From Vicugna vicugna (taxonomy: Eukaryota): a DNA stretch of 64,000 nucleotides. Position numbers and translations under genes: made by a program. Numbering within the stretch: position 1 is the stretch's first letter; every line of letters starts with the position of its first letter. The notes under the pieces are model-generated. The model had not been told where the DNA came from, ran no database searches, and saw only the letters and a list, made by a program, of their open reading frames with translations. The stretch covers positions 1,117,690 to 1,181,689 of the forward strand of contig MU058384.1 of the NCBI GenBank assembly GCA_013265495.1, written 5' to 3'. Below, one piece after another: positions 39,851-50,060 of this stretch.

Positions 39851-40649
39851 TAACAAATTAATGGTTCAGGGATGCAATTGCTGAATGATTTGTAAAAAAA
39901 AAATACATGACCATGAAGATTTCAGAAAATCATTCACATTAAAGTGATTTAATGTTTACATTTCTTTTAGACTATTCAATCTAAACTCTTACATTCATCT
40001 AGAGTGCATTTATTGTAGGAAACCAGTGGGCCTTTCTCATTTGTTAGGCTTCAGACATCATAGTTTAGTATTTTTTATTTCTTCATATACTCAAGAAAGC
40101 CCATGAGAAATTGATGAAAGTTCAGAGGAACCAAATGCAATAAAAGAGAGGGACTTTTAAAGTACTAAGGAAAGTGGGTTATTGAATCAGCATCACCCTG
40201 ACTATGCCCTATGATTCTGATGAAGCTTCAATGAAAACATAAATCAACACACTCTAAGGAAGTTACAAATGCTCTGGGACAGGACAAGAGCCAGAAAGTA
40301 TCATGAATCCTCGAAGAACACCTGTATTATACAATATGTAAACAAATAGATTAATACATTTCAGTCAAACTGTTTCAGTGTAATTTTTGCTGCTCTGATA
40401 AACACAAATTTTGTCAAGGGCAAATCTATAATATGAGAAAATTACAGGCATCTGTCTGTGTTTGGAAAGAGATTTCTTTTCAAGATAAAGGCATGGCTTG
40501 TAATCCTAATACATACTTCAACTAAATATCAAATGGCCAAATGAAGAGTGTAGACAAAATCACTGTTGTAGAAGGAATTTTAAATAGATTTAAACTTTTA
40601 TTTAAAACTGCAATTTGTAAACAGAAAGAAATTTTGAATTTTATAGTTC

Positions 40650-41169
40650 TGTTACCAAGTCCAAACTTGTACTTCTCATCACATGACAAGCCAATACATC
40701 GAATGATGACATGTTGGGGCAAGGAATGGTGACTTTGTTCAGAAAGCCAGCAGACTAGGAAGATGGTGGACTAGTGTCCCAAAGAACCATCTTACAAGAG
40801 TTAGAATTCAGGCTTCTTTTTATACTAAAAGGGGAGTGGGTGTGGTTGGTTGTTACAAACTTCTTGGTGCAAGAATCCTTTATTCTTGCAGCTGTCCATG
40901 TGGGTCTGGTCACAATGTTCTTATAAGTTTCCAACAAGACAATTGCTATCTTTTGGTCTGCAATTTTTTATCTCTATATGAATGAAAAAGTGTTGTACCT
41001 TTAAGTGTCAGATCCTTGAGAATGGGCTATCATGTATATTTCAGGCTACAGGCAATATTCTTTTACAAAAGTTGCAGAGCCAGCATCACTAAGCACAGGC
41101 AACACAGTCCAAGAGTTAGAGCTAAAAGAACAAGCCAGTATGGAATCAGATTTGTTCTTCTCTGTTACA
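40650..41169 (-). mobile_element. ERV1-class solo LTR (cetartiodactyl-type), 520 bp
   Basis: TG...CA termini (tgttacc at 40650, tgttaca ending at 41169); minus-strand TATAAAAA at 40817-40824; recognisable 'ttggggcaaggaatggtgacttt...gaaagccagcagact...gaagatggtggactagtgtcccaaagaaccatctt'; TSD not clean (gttc/gtca). Confidence 0.8.
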
Positions 41170-42039
41170 GTCAGGAACAAAAATGTCTCAGTACTTTCAA
41201 CTGTTCCTACTGTTCCTGCAGCACATAAAGAGGATTGTGGTACTGATAGGTGCTCACTTTCACTCAAAGGCCTTAGAAAAGCCAAATGTCAGGAGACCCC
41301 TTGTTTTTGTCTAATATTTTTATGTTTTAAATCACTAAACTATATTTGTGCTTTATTAAGTCTTAATCAATATTGATTTATCTTGAATATTATCATACTT
41401 GATGTTGCAATTTTTCTTCCTTGTAACGTATTTTTGAAGGGGCAAGATTGCATTCTTCTTTTATGATTTGAAGAATATCCACTTAGGATTTTTTTTTCAG
41501 ACTTTAGTGGTCTTATTTAAGGCCTTAATGGAATTAAACAGCAAAAGAAGAATATAATGTAATCTCTATCATTAGAGGTTAGATTACTACTCAAATTTCA
41601 TTGACATTTATGGATATAAAGGTATATGGATATAAGACTCAAAAGGACATTTGGCCCTTCCAGTATTTTGGCACTGTGCATCATAATATTAATATTAATT
41701 GCTCAAATATGTCATCTTTCTTTATTTGAGAATTCTTGATTTTATATATATATATATAAATTATCAAGTTACATAATCATAATTATTTGTGGAAATAATA
41801 AGTACACTTTTATATGCAATCAACTAAAGAGAGTTTTAACATACAAAGCAAATAAGGAGACTTGTATTTCAAGTTATAGCTAGAATTCTACCTATACTTG
41901 AAGGTACTATAAAACATTAACCTGTAAGATATTAGCAAAAAACCAGATGGCATATTTCTATAGTTACTATTTTTATGCTGATTAAGCAGTGACCCCTAAC
42001 ACATTCAAATGATCATTACTCTCAAACAAGTTCAGAAAT

Positions 42040-42170
42040 ACCAAAAATTAGCATGCAGTATGTTTGGTCTTCAATTTTCCAAATGCTGAATCTGAGGTTG
42101 AAACACCTGAACAAATAGTTGAAAGACCCTGAGTCCAAAGCCAAACTTCTGTGCATTTGTAGCTGGCCAA
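42040..42170 (-). mobile_element. MIR fragment
   Basis: 'aattttccaaatgctgaatctgagg...ccctgagtccaaagccaaactt'. Confidence 0.4.
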
Positions 42171-42299
42171 AAATACTGGTATCAATTATCTGAACTAGTA
42201 TTTCAGAAATTGTATGACAGCATCCTTTTCTCCTCTCTTCCTTCTTCTTCTTTATATTCATATTCTTCTCCCCTTCCTTTCCTAAGCAATCCCATCCTA

Positions 42300-42500
42300 A
42301 AGCAAGAAAGGTAGGTGTCTGGGGCAGGGTTGGGGTGGGGGTTGTATTTACAGTGCGCAGATCAGCTGTCAGAGTCCAAGCAGGGTAGGAAGGATGTCCC
42401 TGTAGTTAACATAAGGAGGGCATCCAGGGAGGAGAAGGTCTTGGCCTAAGGAGTTAGTGCCTAGGTGAATGAGGAAGGTGCCTTGGGATACAAAAGCCTA
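42300..42500. mobile_element. LTR78-like old LTR fragment
   Basis: G-rich 'gtcagagtccaagcagggtaggaaggatgtcc...aggagggcatccaggg' resembles the LTR78 repeated motif. Confidence 0.4.
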
Positions 42501-44064
42501 GGGTGGAGTGTCGAATGTAAGGTCAAATGGTTTCTCTCTAGTGGGGACACTCCTGTTTCCTTTGAGCAATGCTTTCATAATAGATCTTTTCCCACATCCT
42601 TTTACAAAATGTTTCTTTTTTTTTCTTATTCATCCTACAGACTTCCACAAAGATTTACTTACAAAAAACCAATTAAGGAATGGGTAACTGATTCACAACA
42701 AACAGAAGTCGAAAGTTTGTTCTTGTAATTTGCTTCATTGTGTGATTCTGAAAAATTACCTTAGCCTCCCTTTGTTTATATTTTCTCACTTGTACAATTG
42801 AATGGTATTTTTTTCTTTCTTTCTTAACCTGTGGAAATGCTAAACAGTCAATATTTCCTTGGAGACATCTTTGCACTCAATATATACTAAATGATAATAT
42901 CCAATCTTGGGAAGCATTGTCACCACTGTGGAGCTTAGTACATTATTGACTCTGAATTGATGAGACATTTAAGCTAAAATCCAGGAACCAGCCAATTCTC
43001 AGTGTCACTGATGCACATTCATAGCTTCCATAGCTTTGCAGAATAAGCAAAAGAAAAGAACTAGAAATGATGGGAAATTATGATTTGTACTTTTGTTCTC
43101 TGAACTGTTTTTCTTAAATCAACTTTCTGATGTCAAATTCAATTTATACGGATTATGAAAACCACACGGGGTTTTTATCTCAAGCAATTACTTAACAATT
43201 GATTTGTTTTTCCTGCATTAATGACTTTTCTATATTAATGACCCAGTCTCTTTCAGTTTTAGTTTAAATTGAAGAATCTATAAATAATGGTTTAAATTCC
43301 CTAGGTCACTGGAATTTTTTTGTGTCCTGGAGTTGCACTTACAGCCTACCAAGCACTCACTGTAGGAGATGGTAGATGACAATCTATAGGCGAGGTCCAT
43401 CCCACATAGACATGGGCCTGGTCAGGTTGACAGTTTTTAGCTAAAAACTAAATTGGATTTCTGATATAGGAGACATGATCTGGTCCCAGATCTAACTCTT
43501 ACATCTATGTACTGGCCTGACTTTTGCACATATTAGATTTTGCTTATGATTTAACACAACTACCAAAGTGACAAACTTAATAAAGTATAGGAAATTGGGC
43601 ATGTTGCTAAAATGACTTGGGTAATTTAAAACTATATATTTTCAAGCATATCAGTTAAGTAGATGACAATTATGTTCACCAATTACTGAATCACAAAAGA
43701 ACTTGTGCGTAAGAGAATAACATGATTGTGTATTATTCTGGCCAAACATCTGTACTCACTCTGGAATATAAAAGTATCAATAATTTTTAGCAATAAGATT
43801 ATTGTAAAAGCAAAGGTGGATCTAACTTACCCTGAATCAAAGTCAGTGGCAGATACAAGGCTCCTGATTTCCAATGATATCTGCTAAAGAAAAAAAAAAC
43901 AAAAACTGACACTATATAATTTGATTCAAAGAGCTTTAATTACAGGATATAAAATGTTCTGTAAATGAGCCATTATGTATTTTCAGTTTTGTTAGTTATT
44001 TTAGTGAATAATAATTTCAAAACTGGGCAAATTTTTGGTTAAGGCACAAGTTACATTTGCTGAG

Positions 44065-44260
44065 AAACAGTATTATCTAAAAATAATGCACTGGTTTGGG
44101 AGCCCCAAATCCTAAATCCTTTTAGTTCTATGGAATTCCTACGTGATCTCAGGCAAGCCTTCTCTCAGCACGTAAGTCTTTGCAGCTTATAAAATGAAGA
44201 CTAATACCTGCTGTAGAATAATCCCACTGATTATGTAGATTTAGAACACTCATGTGTAAA
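44065..44260 (+). mobile_element. MIR SINE
   Basis: 'gcactggtttgggagcc...gtgatctcaggcaagccttctctc...cttataaaatgaagactaatacctgc'. Confidence 0.6.
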
Positions 44261-44582
44261 GGACATCGGCTTTTTTGGAAGCAAATGAAAAGCAAAAACA
44301 AACGCATGTTTTTATTGTTACTGTTATAAATTCTATGATTACCTTGGTTGATACTTTTCTTAGTGACAGATTTTTGCAAGAGATTGCTATTTGGAAAAAT
44401 CTTATCCATGCTAAATTTTTTGATTTGTTTGTTAAATTAACCACCCATGTGACACTTCATTTTTCTGTAATCTGTACATTCTTTGAGTTCCGTTGAATTA
44501 CTGAAGAGGAAAAATTTCTCTTTTTTTTCATACTTAGGAATATCTTATCATAAATCCTATCGCATGTTTCCTCCATCAAAAT

Positions 44583-44648
44583 AAGAAAGGAAAGGAGGAA
44601 GGAAGGAAGGAAAGAAAGAAAGGAAGGAAGGAAGAAAGAAGAAAAAAG
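44583..44648. repeat. Purine-only (GGAA/GAAA)n tract
   Basis: 66 consecutive purines on the + strand. Confidence 0.95.
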
Positions 44649-45641
44649 CCTCCCAAAATGAAGGCATATTCTAAATGAGATGACTTAGTATATAAACATT
44701 CATCAAAATATTTTTTTCGTTTTCATTTCTTATATGAAATTGCATAGGATATGACCTAATACATTTTTATTTTAAATGACTAGAAGTGAAATACAGTGTT
44801 TTTCACAGAAAAAGTAAACAAAAGCCTTAAACCCTAATTTATCCAAACAAATAACCTGCGTGCAGAAGAAGGTGGCTACTTTCAGACTTTGGAATGTGGC
44901 ATCCATAAAGCTTTCCTTTATACCAGACACTCACATCAGCTCACCAAGAAGTCCAGTCATAAATAGCTGCAATAGCCAAAGCTTTGAAATTTGTTGCATT
45001 TTTAAAATAAATAGCCTTACTTTTTGCCTTTTCCCTTTTTTTACTGGTTTATCACAGTGAAAGATAATTAACACTGCAAGTCATAAAAAGACTGTACAAG
45101 CACAAGGACAGAATTAGCACTAAAAACTTCAAGGCATAGACTACATTGTAAAAGAACTGAAAAAGTGGTACACCATAATCCACACCCACAAATGTCTATC
45201 ATTAACAGGAAAAGAGCAAATTAGTTTTGTTGTCAGAGAGTCCTGGGTATTCTCTGCCATCATTTGATGTGTATGTACGAATATACACTTAACAGGAAAT
45301 GAGGAAAGGCAAATAATTTAGTAGTGATAGAAAATTATAATCAATTCAGCAGCAAGTGGATCAAGCCAAGAATAAATTTAAGTCACTCAGCTCTTTCATG
45401 TGTCTCTTCACTTCTTTCTTTTAATTTATATTCATGGATTAAGAAGAGCCCTAAAAAAAATCACCTCATCAAAACCACAATAAGATAATAAAATCAAGAA
45501 CATTCTAATAGTTAGTGTCTAGTAATGAAATCTGCCAGGAAGTATATTCACTGTTTGATCATCTTGACTCATGAAATGGTTTTCCACTTGTCACCTCTGA
45601 GAACTCTCATTGTGACGCTGGAATTAAGGACAACACCTCAC

Positions 45642-45724
45642 CTTCTCCATTTCACGGCCATACATTCTCTTTATCTGTCTGATGGGCTGAACGGCATCAT
45701 ATCTCCAAAATTTATGTGAGATGT
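45642..45724 (-). other. Candidate 83-nt internal exon (unverified)
   Basis: Minus strand: acceptor gattctgctttaacag|, donor AAG|gtgagg; one open frame ISHKFWRYDAVQPIRQIKRMYGREMEK; no recognised homologue. Confidence 0.3.
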
Positions 45725-46669
45725 CTGTTAAAGCAGAATCAGTGAGATTAAGTATTTTCTTTGAAAGGAGTCCTTAGAAATTATATCATGTGATGTCTAT
45801 AGTTAAAGGACACAGGCCAACTTAGAACAGGCCTCCTAAGAAAGACACTTCTCAGGCAAACTGTAAGGAAGACTCCATCATTCTAGGGGAAAACACTACT
45901 GTTTCTTAGCACTTTAGCAAAAGATACCTTTCCCCTTAGTATGTACAGTTAAGCACTAGTGAGTAAGTAAACAGGTGTCTAGATCCTCTGGGTAGGAAGA
46001 GATCAAAGTCCTAATTCTCACTCTCAGATACTTAATATATTGATGCCAATGCTAGTAGCTTAATGAAAGTTCAATGGTAGGAAAGGGCAAGGTAGCCCTG
46101 AAATTAAACAATAGCCAAAAAAGAAAAGAACTGGTTTGTTCAACTCAAGGGCCTTAATATTTGAGAGCCAAGTCAGGTGTAAAATGTGAACTGATTTGGG
46201 TGCAACATGTTTTGAAGGTCTTCAGAGTCTAGTCATTTAGGCACATGATTTTCTTGGAAGGAAAATGTCAAACAAGCAGTTCTTGAACTAAAAGAGTTCT
46301 AACCTTGGAACTCTAGGATAGGACACCACTTCTGCCAGTGTAGAAACAGATGCCAACAAGGGCACAGCTTCAGAGAAGGCAAGTCTCCATGAAGTGAGGA
46401 GAATTCCTCAACAGGAACATATGGAAGCAAGAAGCAGTGGGAATGGAATAAAACAATTCCAGGTTCTCTTGGAAGAAGAACTACCCCATCCTTCCTGGAA
46501 AAAATAAATCTCAGAATTCTGATATAATTTACAACAGTGAGAGAAAGGCCCACAAGTAAATGATAATGAATTTCTTATAAATAAGATACATAGATTCTCA
46601 AAGGATTAACAAACACAAGAAGAGAAGAAACCTATTTGAACCCCATCCTTCTAGGCTTTAACTGTTCCA

Positions 46670-46900
46670 TAGACACTAGTGCCATCCACATCCCCATCAT
46701 CCAAACTCAAAATCTTAGGATCATTTGCCAAACGTCCCCCTCCATGACTCTTTCCTCTCACTATTGTGTACACATACCTATACACATAAGCATCAACTTT
46801 CCAATTCTTACTCCACAATTTCAAATCTGTTTCTCCTGTCTATTAATATAGACTAACAGAATCCAAACTCTATCACCTATTAGTTGGATTATCATACATA
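46670..46900 (+). mobile_element. L2 fragment
   Basis: 'ccatccacatccccatcatccaaactcaaaatcttaggatcatttg'. Confidence 0.5.
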
Positions 46901-47139
46901 TTATAAAATTAGCAATTTTTATCTTTTCAATAGATCCGTCACATAATTTCTCATTCCAGTGTCTCATCTATAAAACATTATTTTCTTTGCATATTGTTAA
47001 GATTAATGTTAATATCTAATCCCAGAATACACAAGAGAGTCTAAATGGCAGCTCTGAATAAAATTCCAATCCCACCACTTACTGAGTGATTTTGAATGAA
47101 TTTTTAAACACCTATGAGCCTTAGTTTTCTCAATAATTT

Positions 47140-47390
47140 TAAATTTTTTTGTATTTTACTTTTTATTGAAGTGCATTTGATTTAAAATGTTAGTTTAGGT
47201 GTATGGCAAAGTGATTTCATTATATATATACATACATATTTTTTTCAGATTCCATTTTCTTTTCCATTATATGTTATTATAAGAAATTCAGTATAGTTCC
47301 CTGTACTATACAGTAGATCCTTGTTGTTTATCTATTTTATTTATAGTAATTGTGTATCTGGTAATCCCAAACTCCTAATTCATCTCCCTA
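47140..47390 (-). mobile_element. Short 5'-truncated L1 3' end (cetartiodactyl-type)
   Basis: T-rich tail then 'ttttattgaagtg...tatagttccctgtactatacagtagatccttgttgtttatctatttta...aatcccaaactcctaattcatc'; flanked by aataatt repeats. Confidence 0.85.
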
Positions 47391-47549
47391 ATAATTATTT
47401 TAATATTTATTAAATCCCTACTAAGAGCCAGACAGTGCTCTTAACATGAAAAATAAAGTAGTGAATTATGATATAGATAAGCTTCTTTTCAAAGTATCTA
47501 AATTTCTGTATGAAAAAACTTCATCTAAAAATTTACATCTAAAAGTCAG

Positions 47550-47772
47550 GATGGGAGGGTGAAGGGATAAATTGGGAGTATAGGATTTGCAGATATGAAG
47601 TACTATATGTTAAAAAGACAGACAACAAGGTCCTACTGCATAGCACAAGTAAGTATATTTAATACTTTGCAACAGCCTACAATGAAAAAGAATATGAAAA
47701 GGAATATATATAGGTATAACTGAATCAATATGCTGCACACCAAAAATTAACACAATATCGTAAACCAGCTAG
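47550..47772 (+). mobile_element. L1 3'UTR fragment (camelid/cetartiodactyl-type) lacking its poly(A) tail
   Basis: 'agggataaattgggagtataggatttgcagata...aacaaggtcctactgcatagcaca...gtataactgaatcaatatgctgcacacca'. Confidence 0.85.
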
Positions 47773-47994
47773 AAGCACCTCAGAGGGTAGTTGTAAACAT
47801 TTAAGGATAAAATGTGGATAAAGCATTTAGCATACTGTCTAACACCAAGCAGCTGATTAATAAAAGTCAATTTTATCTTCTTAATGAAAAGAAAGAAATG
47901 GTAAGACTTTTACCTTATAGAGGGAATGCCTTATTTTCCTCTGAGAAGGACTCCAAATCATCACTAACCATAAAAATGTTAAATTGAAAAGAGT

Positions 47995-48810
47995 AGTCCA
48001 GATGCAGAGCTCTGGGCCCAACGACACAAAAAACAATGCTCAACCAGTGGGCCAGCACTAGCCCCAGGGTTCCAGAACCAGTTTATGACCAGGTCCCACT
48101 AAAATGGCAGGCAGCAGCATCGGCACAAGGCAGGGCCTGGCAATCCACTGGACTAGGGGCTTACCAGACCGCCCACCATAGCAGAAGGACCCATGAGCCC
48201 TCTCAGGGTGAACCGCTAGAGCACATAGCTTGGGTGATGAGAGGGGAGTACACTGCTGGGATGCACAGAATGCCTCCTACAGAGGGCCACTTCTCCAAAG
48301 TCTAGAAGTGCAACTAACCTACCACATAGAGAAAAATACAAATAGCAACTTAGACAAAATGAGGCAATGAAGGAATATATTTCAGATGAAGGAGCAAGAT
48401 AAAACCCCAGAAAAACTATACAAAGTGGAGAGAGGCAATCTACCCAAGAGTTCAGAGTAATGATCATAAAGATGATCAAAGAACTTGGGAGAATGGATAC
48501 ACAGAGCAAGAAGTTAGACGTTTTAAATAACGAATTAGAAAATCTAAGAACAACCAAACAGAGATGAATGGATCAGTGAGCTGCAAGATAGAGTAGTGGA
48601 AATCACTGCTGCCAAACAGAAAAAAGAAAAAAATGAAAAGAAATGAGGACAGTTTAAGAGATCTCTGGGACAACATCAAGTGCACTAAATTTTTCATTAT
48701 AGGGATCTCAGGAAGAGAAGAGAAAGGACCCGAGAAAATAATTTAAGAGATAAAGGCTGAAAACCTCCCTAACCTGGGAAAAGAAATAATCAAGCAAGTC
48801 CAGTAAGCAC
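47995..48810 (+). mobile_element. L1/HAL1-like 5'UTR and partial ORF1
   Basis: 'gagttcagagtaatgatcataaagatgatcaaagaacttgg' and 'aatgaggacagtttaagagatctctgggacaacatcaagtgcact' (ORF1p ..LRDLWDNIK..). Confidence 0.8.
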
Positions 48811-50060
48811 CTAAATGTAAGACTGGGTACTATGAAACTCCTAGAGGAAAATATAGTCAGGACATTCTTTGACATAAACTGCAGTAATATTTTTGGGGAT
48901 CCATCTCCTCAAGTAATGGAAACAAAAGCAAAAATAAACAAATGGGACCTAATTAAACTTAAAAGCTTTTGCACAGCAAAGGAAACCATAAACAAAATGA
49001 AAAGACAACCTACAAAATGGGAGAAAATATCTGCAAACAATGTGACTGACAAGGGATTAATTTCCAAAATATACAAACAGCTCAGCAGCTCAATATCAAA
49101 AAAACAAACAACCCAATCAAAAAATGGGCAGAAGACCTAAACAAACATTTCTCCAATGAAGACATACAGATGGCCAGCAGGCACATGAATAGATGCTTAA
49201 CATGACTAATTACTAGAGAAATGCAAATCAAAACCACAACATCAGTCAGAATGGTCATCATCAAAGTCTACAAATAATAAATGCTGGAGAGGGTGTGGAG
49301 AAAAGGGAATCCTCTTATCCTACTGGTGGGAATGTAAACTGCCATAGCCACTATGGAGAACAGTATGGAGGTTCCTTAAAAAACTAAACATAAAGTTACC
49401 ATATGATTCAGGATTCCCACTTCTCAGTATATATCCAGAGAAAACTCTAACTCAAAAAGACACATGTATCCCAATGTTCATAGCAGCATTATTTACAATA
49501 TCCAAGGCATGGAAACAACCTAAATGTCTACTGACAGGTGATTTATATATATATATATAAAATATATTGTATCTCATATACATGTATCATATATACATAT
49601 GATGGAATACTACTCAGCCATAAAAAAGAATGAAATAATGCCATTTGCAGCAACATGGATGGACCTATAGATTATTATACTAAGTGAAGTAAGTCAGAAA
49701 GATAATACCATATGATATCATTTACATGTGGAATCTTAAAAAATGATACAAATAAACTTATTTCCAAAACAGAAATGGACTGATCAGAGATAGAAAACAA
49801 ACTTATGGCTACCAAAGGGGAAAGGAGGTGAATTTGGAATTCGGGATTAATAGTTGCACTCTACTATATATAAAATAAACAACAAGGACATACTGTATAG
49901 CACAGGGGGCTATATTAATATTTTGCAACAATCTATAATGGAAAATAATCTGATAAAGAATACATATTTATTTTTATATATATGTATAACAGAATTACTT
50001 TGCTGTACACCTGAAACATTATCAACTATACTTTAATAAAAAATAAAAATTAAAAAAGAA
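48811..50060 (+). mobile_element. L1 ORF2 C-terminus and 3'UTR with poly(A) (cetartiodactyl-type)
   Basis: ORF 48832-49140 MKLLEENI...[35 protein letters not shown] is L1 ORF2p; AATAAA at 50035 followed by an A-rich tail. Confidence 0.95.

Larger units (their letters stand above)
47030..47870 (+). mobile_element. MIR halves (47030-47131 and 47773-47870) separated by other repeat insertions
   Basis: 5' core 'aattccaatcccaccacttactgagtgattttg...gagccttagttttctca'; 3' part 'cctcagagggtagttgtaaacatttaa...taaagcatttagcatactgtctaacac'. Confidence 0.6.

Noticed and set aside
41016..41376. Cluster of three overlapping ORFs
   Set aside because: Spans the edge of a solo LTR and its flank; no gag/pol/env similarity and no splice support.
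42760..42828. Exon-like minus-strand segment VKKERKKYHSIVQVRKYKQREAK
   Set aside because: Resembles decayed MIR sequence with a low-complexity start; most likely chance splice signals.
48832..49140. 102-aa ORF with clear protein-like sequence
   Set aside because: It is a fragment of the L1 ORF2p C-terminus, frameshifted downstream; not a host gene.
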